From Rebecca billardiae RCC1528 (taxonomy: Eukaryota > Protista > Haptophyta): a DNA stretch of 64,000 nucleotides. The notes below the pieces were generated by a model. That model was not told the origin of the DNA, did no database searches, and was given only the letters and a program-made list of their open reading frames with translations. The stretch spans positions 868,001 to 932,000 of the forward strand of contig OZ251236.1 in the NCBI GenBank assembly GCA_965240325.2, read 5' to 3'. Each line of letters begins with the position of its first letter. The first letter of the stretch is position 1. The translations under genes and the position numbers were made by a program. This document shows, piece after piece, positions 23,268 through 33,196 of the stretch.

Positions 23268-23850
23268 TCACTGGCACCCCAGCCCCTGACACTCTGGCCC
23301 TGCCCACGCAGCTGGAGAAGTGCAACGCTGCGGGCGTTGTCGTGCTGAGGACGTCGTCGCCCTGCGCCACGCCCTCCTCCGGCGCAGCGCGTACGCCGAG
23401 GCCGAACGCCGCACACCGCCAGCCACGCGCGTGCACAGACCGTAAGTCGTGACAAGTAGTACAGCGCGTGCATGCCACCGAGCGAGCTGGACGTGCACAC
23501 ACGCCTCCCGCGCGAGCAGGCGACGACGGCCGCGCGCGCACACGCCAGCTCGCGCGTGCGCGACAAGAGTGCCATTCGCGCGGCCGCCCACGTGCACGCA
23601 GCCGGCGGGAGCGCCCGCACGCGCGCCGGCGCGAGCGCACAGCGCGTGCTCGACCGGCGAGCGGCCGCTCGGCGCGCCGCGGAAGGGGCGCGAGGTGTCG
23701 TTGGCGGTGGCGAGGTCCGGCTGCTGCAGAGAGACCAGCACGCGCTCAACCATCTCGATGGGCAGGTCGGCCGGCCATCGCGCCTTCTCGGCGATCGGTG
23801 CAGCTGTCCGGAGCAGCCGTCGTGCAAGCAAGCAAGGACCGGCCTGCGCG
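23268..23850 (-). pseudogene. Possible F-box gene remnant abutting the transposon nest
   Basis: DLPIEMVERVLVSLQQPDLATANDTSRPFR resembles an F-box. No convincing start codon, and the 5' side runs into the insertion. Confidence 0.35.
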
Positions 23851-23889
23851 GTAAGTAAATGGCCTATCTCGCCTGCCTGAGCCAAGGGT

Positions 23890-26800
23890 TCCCCCCCCCA
23901 AGACGGGCCCGGCCCGTGATGTGCGCAGCGGAGGCGCGCGGTCGAAGTCGCGCTTTCGCCGCGTCTGAAAAAGCGCCGTGGTACCTTTGCGCGCGCTGCG
24001 CGCCACTGGGCGCACGGTGGCGGCCGCGCGCCGCCGCGCGGGCCGCATCCTCGCGGCCACTGGCGCCACCGCGAGGCCGCGCGCTCGGGCTGGGCGGGCT
24101 GCCAGCCGCGCGTAGGAGCCCGCCGCGCGCGTTCGGCCCGGCTCGCGGCCTACTCGCCGCCCGTGCGCTCGGCACGCGGCCGGCGCGACCTGGGCGGCGC
24201 GGCGCGCGAGGTTCGCGCGCCCGCTCGCCGGGCGCGTGAGCGAGTCGGGCGCGGTCGGTCGGCAGCGCCTGGGCGAGCGTGTCCGTCACGGGCTGTAGCG
24301 AGCCGGGCTTCCTCGCCTCGACGCCCGAGGCGGTGCGCCGCGCGCGTTCTGTGCCGGTCTGCGGCGGCGCAGTGGCTGCGCTCGCGCACGGACGGCCGCT
24401 GGGCTTGGATGGGCGCTCTCGAGCGCGTTTGGCGGCGGATCCCGCGCGGAGCGCTGGGGCAGGCACGGCGACCCGCTCTGTCCGCGCCCAGCCCGCCTCG
24501 TGACGGAGGCCTTGCCCATCGACCGCTCGCGCGCCTCACCGCCGGCGCTAGAGCGGAGTCGGGCGTGGGCCGCACGCGCCGCGCGGGCCGCGCGCGCGCC
24601 CGGTCGGCCCACGAAGGTGGCGCGGCATCTGGCGGCACGCGAGGGCAATGCAGTTGCAGCAGCCTACCTTTCAGCTGGCATCTCTGCTCAGCCGGTCGCA
24701 CTCGTTTCTCGCCATGCTCAGCGCTCATGCGTCTTCATGCCTGCGGTGCTGGAGGAGTGCCCTCCTGCTGCAGTCATGACCACTGGCTGCTGCCCTTTGA
24801 GTGCGCTAGCTGGCAGCGTTCACAGACATGCGGCGCGCGGCGCATGCTGCTGTCCGCGCCCAATGAGCCCACAGCTGCGCTGACCTTGGCACAGCAGGGC
24901 ACAAAGCGCTGCTATCGCCCATAGCAGTGACTGTGCCGAGCCGACTGAGCACCGGCTGCGCATGCGCACAAGCTGAGCTAGCAGGCCCAGCTAGAGTGTT
25001 GGCGAGCGACATGCGCAGTTGATGCAGCCTGGACCGCCCGAGCGCAGCCGCGCACGCCCGTCTCACGGCCGTGCTAGGCATGCCGTGCCCATGGCTGTGT
25101 GCGCGCTGTTCACTCAGCAGTGCTGCACATAGACGCTGTAGTGCGCGAGTCCGCACGTGTGCAGTGCCGACAGCTCTGCCAGACTCGCCAGAGCCCGAGC
25201 AGCAGCACGGATGTAGGGAACGTACACCTGTTGAGTGGACGACGCTGCTTGACACCCGTTGCCATGCGCACCTGGGACCACCACCCGGCCTGCTGATGTA
25301 GTGTCGACCGTTGAGCTTGAATACTGTGCGATGACCGCGCGAGACTGGACTGGCTGGGCAGCGGCGATGGCGGCAGAGACGATGGCGGCGACGACGCTCT
25401 GGGATCGGCGGCGGACTGGGCGGTGATGATGACGGTGATGACGGCTGTAAACTAGGTGGTGACGACGCTGGCGGTGATGGTGGTAGCGATGGTGGTGGAT
25501 TCCGCGGTGGGCTCGGCGGCGGACTGGGAGGAGGGGGCAACTGTGGCGGTGATGCCTGCGGGCTTGGCTGCGAGCTCGGTGGCGGGCCTGGCGGCGGCGA
25601 CGGCAGCGTTCTACGCGGCGGGCGTAGCGGCGGAGATGTTGGCAGTGGTGGCGGCGGGTATGCCAGCGGCGATGGTGGTGGCGGCGACGGTTGGCTGGCC
25701 GGCGGGCTGGGTGGCACCTGCAGCCAGCCCTTCCAGCAAGCAACGCTGACCATGCGGGCAGCAGTGTCAGTCGGGTAATGATTCTCAACCGCTCTCGCCA
25801 CCTGCAGCGCCACCTCGGCGTGCTCTCTCGCACTGCGACGTCCGCGTGTGACACGGGGCACAGCCTCTGCCGCCTGACCACCAGCATTTCGCCCCACTGA
25901 ATTGCACTCTGGATGGCACGGCTACACGAGCAGTCACCAATGATGCCTCTGTCTGACAGACGGTCACACAGGCTGGCTGGCGCACTCAGCGCGCCTCTGC
26001 CGCGGCAGCAGATGGCGAGCTGCTTGCGCTTGGCGTTTGAGGCAAGGTTGGCCGGCGCGCACAGCTGGTGGCCCACCACGATCTCGACCTCGGGAGGAAG
26101 CGCCTTATGGGCCGAGCAAACTTGCGAGCACACTTTGGGCCGGCGCGTGCCTGCTCGGCCAGCAACTGCCGTCCTGGATGCCGAGCCCGAGATGATGTCG
26201 GCCAGCATGGTGGGCTGCCTCGGGCCTGCCTCGGGCATACCGTGATGGCGCATGTTCGCTCGGGCGTGTGCCTAGCCGCATCGACGCGGGCACGGCATCG
26301 GTGATGGCGGCTCTGACCTGTCAGCCAGAGAGTCTCAGCTGACGTGACACCACGACGGGCCTGGCCGTCGATGTTGGTAGGTATTCGGGTCGCCGCCTCA
26401 GTTGTTAGACTCACCCGACCTTCCGCCTAGACGTGTTGGACGTAGCCACGTGCTATCTACTGGCGCATACCTGGACGTGTGTGGCATAGCCTCTCGCGTG
26501 CCCAGCGATATATCAGGCACGGGGCAAGCTGCATACGTAGCCCGCAGGCTAAGCGCCGCTCACGATTGCTACACTTCTGACTTGTGCCCACTTCGTGCAC
26601 AGCGACACACGCGCGCATGCTGGAGCCAGGCGCGCCAAAGGCGACGGCCAAGAAGGCGTGCGGCCAGCCAGCGCATGCGAGAGTCAGGCGCAGTGAAGAG
26701 CACATCGCATCGCCTTCGTGGGCCGACCGGGCGCGCGCGCGGCCCGCGCGGCGCGTGCGGCCCACGCCCCGGACTCCGGTCTAGCGCCGGCGGTGAGGCG

Positions 26801-27442
26801 CGCGAGCGGTCGATGGGCAAGGCCTCCGTCACGAGGCGGGCTGGGCGCGGACAGAGCGGGTCGCCGTGCCTGCCCCAGCGCTCCGCGCGGGATCCGCCGC
26901 CAAACGCGCTCGAGAGCGCCCATCCAAGCCCAGCGGCCGTCCGTGCGCGAGCGCAGCCACTGCGCCGCCGCAGACCGGCACAGAACGCGCGCGGCGCACC
27001 GCCTCGGGCGTCGAGGCGAGGGAGCCCGGCTCGCTACAGACTGTGAGGGACACGCTCCCTCAGGCGCCGCCGACCGAACGCGCCCGACTCGCTCACGCGC
27101 CCGGCGAGCGGGCGCGCGAACCTCGCGCGCCGCGCCGCCCGGGTCGCGCCGGCCGCGTGCCGAGCGCACGGGCGGCGAGTAGGCCGCGAGCCGGGCCGAG
27201 CGCGCGCGGCGGGCTCCTACGCGCGGCTGGCAGCCCGCCCAGCCCGAGCGCGCGGCCTCGCGGTGGCGCCAGTGGCCGCGAGGATGCGGCCCGCGCGGCG
27301 GCGCGCGGCCGCCACCGTGCGCCCAGTGGCGCGCAGCGCGCGGCAAGGTACCGCGGCGCTTTTTCAGAAGCGGCGAAAGCGCGACTTCGACCGCGCGCCT
27401 CCGCTGCGCACATCACGGGCCGGGCCCGTCTTGGGGGGGGGA
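23890..27442. mobile_element. Element A: ~730-bp TIRs around a 2.1-kb interior
   Basis: 23890-24617 is the reverse complement of 26713-27442. GGGT is duplicated at 23886-23889 and 27443-27446. No transposase motif seen. Confidence 0.85.
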
Positions 27443-27449
27443 GGGTAGT

Positions 27450-28177
27450 CCACCCGTCCCAGCCCAGTACGTCAAGCTCCGTCGCGGGCCGGCCCGCTGA
27501 CTCAGCGAAAACATTTGAAAGAAATGGCCGTCCGCCACGCGGGCAGCTTCGCTCTGGTCGTGCGCGTGCGCGTAGGCGAGGGCTGTGCGACGGCGCGCCA
27601 GGTGGGCTGATCTGGTAGTACCTCGGAACCCCTTCCGGCGCTCATGTCTCGGCTTCCCGGCGTCTTTTGCGCCCATGCTCACTAGCCGAGCGGGTGCGTT
27701 TCAACAACAGGCCGGCAGGCGCCTACGCCACCGCTTCATCGCACAGAGTACGCTGCAGGAGCCAGGCGCGCGCTGTCTGGAGAGAGGGCCAGTGTATATG
27801 TTTCCAATGCGCGCGCGCTCAAGGCGCCATTCAAGCGCGTGTCGCGGGCAGAAGCGGACTCAGTAGGCAATGCTTGGCTTTGGCGACCGAGTTGCAGTCG
27901 AGCCGCGCTAGCAGGCGGAGGAGGGCCCAAGGCGGCACATGTCTGCTGCGCCGAAGGTCGCTTACAAGTGTGCACTGAGGATGAGCGCAACGCGCCGCCG
28001 CTCCAGCCATCTCAGCCGCCGCAGTCAAGCGCGCGCGACGGGCGCTGTGACGGGCCTTGCGTGCTCATCTCGCCTCGAGGCTCAGCTCGCGCACTGTGTC
28101 CGGCGGAGTTTAGCGTCCATGGACGCTAAACTCGCCCCCGGACTGGGACGGGTTCAGGAGCTTCTTGGGACGGGTGG
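27450..28177. mobile_element. Element C: ~730-bp MITE-like insert
   Basis: 12-bp TIR CCACCCGTCCCA / TGGGACGGGTGG, interrupting the B1 left terminus between GGGTAGT and AGGGTGAGC. No clear TSD. Confidence 0.65.
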
Positions 28178-29242
28178 AGGGTGAGCAACTCCGCTGGCGA
28201 CAGCCGCGGAGGTCGGGAGGGCTCTGTTTGCCTCGGCGCCCGGTGCGAGCGGAGCGGAGCGAGTACTATCAGCGGCGGAGGGCGCTGAGGCCGCGCACGG
28301 CGTGAGGCGCGGCGTCGGCCGAGTCGGTCCGCGGAGGATGCGCGGCGCTCGGCCCGCTGCGCAGCGGCAGTGCACCTCACTTTGCCCCGAGCGCCGTCCT
28401 CCTCGTCGCCTCCTTCCCGCCTTGGAGCAGCACGCATGTGCGCGCCGCCGCATCGAATGCGGCACAGGCTTGCTCAGACGACCGCGCGCGCGTGGCGCGC
28501 GACTTGGTCGGCTGCGCGCGCGTGCTGCCGCGGTGCAATGTAGCGCCACCGCATACGCGCCGTGCCCGCGCGAGAGCGTGTGCATGGACGTGAGTGCGAG
28601 CTCACACACATGTCAAGAGTGCTGTCTGCGCAGCACAGTGCTGGCAACTGAAGTAAGCTAGAGAAGACAGCAGCGTGAGTGTTAGTACCATCGATGCGGA
28701 GCCTTAGCGTCCGCTTGCGTTCGTGCTGAGAAGGGATACACAAGACTAGGCCTTCGTCCTGGGTATCCAATGTCACTCAACACCTCGCTGATCGACCCGA
28801 CGAGCGTCGGCGTGAGGCACAGCGAAACATTCGTGAGAGCAACAGACAAGCGAGCACTACGCTCATGAGATGGCCGTGAGCAAAGGCTCGCGCGGGCACG
28901 GCGCGCGTATACGGTGGCGCTACCTTGCCCCGCGGCAGCGCGCGCGTGCGGTCGACCAAGTCGCGCGCCACGCGCGCGCGGTCGTCTGAGCAAGCCCGTG
29001 CCGCATTCGATGCGGCGGCGCGCACATGCGTGCTGCTCCAAGGCGGGAAGAAGGCGACGCGGAGGACGGCGCTTGGAGCAAAGTGAGGTGCACTGCCGCT
29101 GCGCAGCGGGCCAAGAGCCGCGCATCCTCCGCGGACCGACTCGGCCGACGCCGCGCCTCACGCCGTGCGCGGCCTCAGCGCCCTCCGCCGCTGATAGTAC
29201 TCGCTCCGCTCCGCTCGCACCGCTCGCCGAGGCAAACAGAGC

Positions 29243-30372
29243 CAAGGGTAGTAAGGGTGAGCAACTCCGCTGGCGACAGCCGCGGAGGTCGGGAGGGCTC
29301 TGTTTGCCTCGGCGCCCGGTGCGAGCGGAGCGGAGCGAGTACTATCAGCGGCGGAGGGCGGTGAGGCCGCGCACGGCGTGAGGCGCGACGTCGGCCGAGT
29401 CGGTCCTCAGAGGATGCGCGGCGCTCGGCCCGCTGCGCAGCAGCAGTGCGCCTCACTTTGGCCCGAGCGCCGTCCTCCTCGTCGCCTCCTTCCCGCCTTG
29501 GAGCAGCACGCATGTGCGCGCCGCCGCATCGAATGCGGCACAGGCTTGCTCAGACGACCGCGCGCGCGTGGCGCGCGACTTGGTCGGCTGCGCGCGCGCG
29601 CTGCCGCGGGGCAAGGTAGCGCCACCGCATGCGCGCGCCGTGCCCGCGCGAGAGCGTGTACGCGCACGTGTGTGCGAGCTCACACGCATGCCGAATGCTG
29701 CCTGCGCATCTGACTTGCCGACTGACGTGAAGCTGGAAAAGACAGCGGCGTGAGTGTTATTACCATCGATGCGGAGCCTTAGCTTCCACTTGCATTCGTG
29801 CTGGGAAGGAATACACAAGACTAGGCCTTCGTCCTGGGTGTCCAATGTCACTCAACGCCTCGCTGATCGACCCGAACAGTGCCGGCGTGAGGCACAGCGA
29901 ACCATTCGTGAGAGCAAGCAGACAAGCGAGCACTACGCTCATGAGATGTCCGTGAGCAAAGGCTCGCGCGGGCACGGCGCGCGCATACGGTGGCGCTACC
30001 TTGCCCCGCGGCAGCGCGCGCGCGCAGCCGACCAAGTCGCGCGCCACGCGCGCGCGGTCTTCCGAGCAAGCCCGTGCCGCCTTCGAGGTGGCGGCGCGCA
30101 CATGCGTGCTGCTCCAAGGCGGGAAGGAGGCGACGAGGAGGACGGCGCTCGGGCCAAAGTGAGGCGCACTGCTGCTGCGCAGCGAGCCGAGCGCCGCGCA
30201 TCCTCTGCGGACCGACTCGGCCGACGTCGCGCCTCACGCCGTGCGCGGCCTCGCCGCCCTCCGCCGCTGATAGTACTCGCTCCGCTCCGCTCGCACCGCT
30301 CGCCGAGGCAAACAGAGCCCGACCGACCTCCGCGGCTGTCGCCAGCGGAGTTGCGCACCCTTACTACCCTTG
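29243..30372. mobile_element. Element B2: intact 1.13-kb copy of family B inserted in the right TIR of B1
   Basis: Perfect ends CAAGGGTAGTAAGGGTG...CACCCTTACTACCCTTG with 7-bp TSD ACAGAGC (29236-29242, 30373-30379). Spacer is homologous to the B1 spacer. Confidence 0.9.
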
Positions 30373-30701
30373 ACAGAGCCCTCCCGACCTCCGCGGCTGT
30401 CGCCAGCGGAGTTGCTCACCCTTATTACTACCCTTGCCTGAGCTGTGTGCGTCTCTTATTCTTAGTAAACTGTAAGTAAATAGGCCGCACCTCGGCCCTC
30501 GCTCATTTATTCTGCGATACTGGTAACGGGGCAAAGCCGCCGAGGGCCGCCCTTGAACGGGGTTCACTAGCGATCGGCCTGGGCGGCGGGCCGCCCGTCC
30601 AGCATCATCTCGGAGGCGAGGCTGTGGCGGAGAGAAGCTGCGGCCTGGCGGAGAGAAGCTGCGGCCTCCGTGGCGCAGTCACGAGGCAGGGAGAGGCACT
30701 C

Positions 30702-32375
30702 ATGGGCATGTGTGGCATTCCTCCGCACTTCGCGTGCCGGTGCGTCTACAAGCTGCCCCGGAAGTCCATCCCAGACAGCTATCACTTTGTGGAGCCGGAT
30801 GATTGCGCTGCGTGCGCTGTGGTACTCGTAGTTGTCACCGTCCTGGCGTTTGCGATGAGCTACTTCTTCGCGAAGGCTCGCGATCCGACTGTGCCGCCAA
30901 CGCAACCATCAGCCGCAGATGCCCCTTCAGGTGTGATCAGCTCTGAGGGCGGAGTGGAAGCGCAAATTCTGCCTGCTACCGCGATGCGCTCGGATGCGGC
31001 CAAAGCAACCGCCTGCTCGTCACGCGAGTCTGTCGACGACGCCCCAGCAGGCACGGTGCCCCCCTTCCAGGCGCGCGAGGAGGTGCATGCCCTCGACCAT
31101 GCCCGCTTTTGGCTGAATGTGCTCATCTACATCACTCACGCATTGCTTACGCTCATGAGCGAGTGCCGGACGGCGTGGATGCTAGCCTGGTGCGCATGGG
31201 TCAACTCCTTCGTGTTGATGACGTTCTCCTTCGTCAGTGGTGTGGTGTCCAAGGGCGAGCTGACGCCAGAGCGCGCACAGCGCACGATGGCATCCACGTT
31301 TGCCACGTACGCCATCCTGAACGTCATCACTGACCTCAACGCGCACTGGGCCCGAGCAGTCTTCACCCATGGCAAGAGCCAGTTCCAGCTTCTGTACACG
31401 TTCCCTGACCTTACCCACGCCACACCTGCAGTCGGGTGGTACCTCCAGTGCTGGATCACGTGGAAGATGCTTCTGCCCTTCCTGCGCACGATCACTGACT
31501 GGCGCAAGCTGCTCGGCCTCGCATGCTTCATCTCGTGGTTTGGAGGGTACTGGATGATCCCGCGGAACGGAAGCTTCCGCGGCGACACTGCTCTGGGCAT
31601 GCTGCCTGCGTTCGTCCTGGGGTACATCGTGCCCAGTGCGACCTTCGTGGGTGTTCCGGTGCGAATGAGGCAAGCAGCAGGAGCAGCGCTGTTCCTTTGG
31701 CTCGCAATCTGCCTTTGGCTGGCATACGGGTGGCCAGAGGAGTGCGATGGTGCGCCTCAGCATGCAGGGCCTTTCACAGCTTCAAGCCTCTTTGTGTGGG
31801 CAAAGCACATGACCCAGTATAGCTACTTTGATTCCAACAGCATAGCTGACGCCTGCAGACCTGCAGAGCACGCTCAGGCCAGCTTCACCCCCGTGGCCTG
31901 CCGACCGAGCTACTACTTCTGGTGGGCCTCCAGAGCTGCCTCTCACGTTCTTGCTCTGGTCGCTGGAGGGTCGTTCATGTGCCTTATGCCTGACAGGCCA
32001 ACACGCATCTCGAGAAGCGGGAGGCACGCTCTGTACTCGTTCTTGTTGCAAGACAATTATTTCTTACCATTCGTGACATTTCTGTTTGACGTCTGTGGCA
32101 TACGTGCGTGCTCTTCACCAGCCATGTTCTTCCCGGTGGCTGCACTGTGTGTGGGGGGTGCGATGATGCTGGCGTCAGCCCCAGTGCGATTGGCAGTATG
32201 TTTTGCCTTTGAGCCCACATGGTTGAATTGGCTTTGGGACCAGCCGTACAAGCCATTACCGCACATGCGATCTGCACTGCTAATGTCCCTGGTGATCTGG
32301 CTATCCGACTTCGTCTACAGAGGCTTCGCGTGGGAGCTCATACAGAGTCTGCTCAAATGTGATGCTGACGACTGA
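30702..32375 (+). CDS. Acyltransferase-3 family polytopic membrane O-acyltransferase
   Basis: ALDHARFWLNVLIYITH, NSFVLMTFSFVSG, WYLQCWITW and about 10 hydrophobic segments. Intronless and visibly lower in GC than neighbouring genes. Confidence 0.75.
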   Translation: MGMCGIPPHFACRCVYKLPRKSIPDSYHFVEPDDCAACAVVLVVVTVLAFAMSYFFAKARDPTVPPTQPSAADAPSGVISSEGGVEAQILPATAMRSDAAKATACSSRESVDDAPAGTVPPFQAREEVHALDHARFWLNVLIYITHALLTLMSECRTAWMLAWCAWVNSFVLMTFSFVSGVVSKGELTPERAQRTMASTFATYAILNVITDLNAHWARAVFTHGKSQFQLLYTFPDLTHATPAVGWYLQCWITWKMLLPFLRTITDWRKLLGLACFISWFGGYWMIPRNGSFRGDTALGMLPAFVLGYIVPSATFVGVPVRMRQAAGAALFLWLAICLWLAYGWPEECDGAPQHAGPFTASSLFVWAKHMTQYSYFDSNSIADACRPAEHAQASFTPVACRPSYYFWWASRAASHVLALVAGGSFMCLMPDRPTRISRSGRHALYSFLLQDNYFLPFVTFLFDVCGIRACSSPAMFFPVAALCVGGAMMLASAPVRLAVCFAFEPTWLNWLWDQPYKPLPHMRSALLMSLVIWLSDFVYRGFAWELIQSLLKCDADD

Positions 32376-33196
32376 TTCAAAGTCGCTAGTCAGCAGCACA
32401 GCATCATTACCGGGCCCGGGCGCGCGCCCGCGGCAGCGGGGGGGGCGCAGGCTGACAGTGACAGACCGGCGCACCGTCGAGCGCGGCTTCACGCGGGCCG
32501 GCGCCGCCTTCGGCCTTAGTACCGGGCGCCGGCGAGGGCGCTGCCAGTTAGGCCGACTGGCGACTACGACTACTGGCCTGAGCACACGTGGGCCACCAAT
32601 AATAACCCCCGCCACTCGCAGCGAGTACTCGGTCAGCGCCGCCGGCTACGACATCGATCAGATATTAGATGAGTAGCTAGTCGCGTTATAGTTATTGCTG
32701 CTCGGATGATTACGGTGTCAAGACAGTAGTGCCTGACCATCACCGCTCGGCGAGCTGGCCGAGTGCAGTATGAGTAGCGGTAACAGTCTGACCGCGCTCG
32801 CGGCCCTTATTTGTTAGTAGTAGTACTAAGGCTACTCCACGCATATCACACGGACGACAATCACCGAATAATGGATGAGTCATATGCTCTCTCTCTCTCT
32901 CTCTCTCTATATATATGTGTATATATATATAAGCTATACTAGCGCTAATTAAATAACCGCCGATATATAATAGCCGAGTAGCAGTATTGATGATTCCATA
33001 TGTCAGTGGCGGCGTTATACTTATATAGGGATCCGCGAATCTATAACTGCGAGTGTCTATGCTGAGCGAGTGAGAGCGACGCGCCATATCCGACGCGCCG
33101 CCGGCTGGACTCGTCCCGGTCCAACGTGCTTACGTGAGTTACGTGCGTCACTCCGTCAGGCTGTGACTACGCCGGCCAGCAGGCCCCGGCAGAGGC

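Larger units (their letters stand above)
23883..30436. mobile_element. Element B1: non-autonomous foldback TIR transposon, host of three nested insertions
   Basis: Ends CAAGGGT...ACCCTTG with 7-bp TSD CCTGAGC (23876-23882, 30437-30443). ~400-bp arms at 28178-28574 and 28887-29242 + 30380-30436. Uninterrupted target present at 56534-56583. Confidence 0.85.

Noticed and set aside
24806-26414. Transposase inside element A
   Set aside because: No DDE, THAP or zinc-finger motif is visible in any listed frame.
30445-30462. GTCTCTTATT resembles the Tn5/Nextera mosaic end
   Set aside because: Only a short core matches. The motif is embedded in a longer genomic repeat that is itself split by a TSD-flanked insertion.
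28126-30479. Many repeated short ORFs and possible CRISPR-like repetition
   Set aside because: These are TIR arms of family B. There is no repeat-spacer periodicity and no cas genes.
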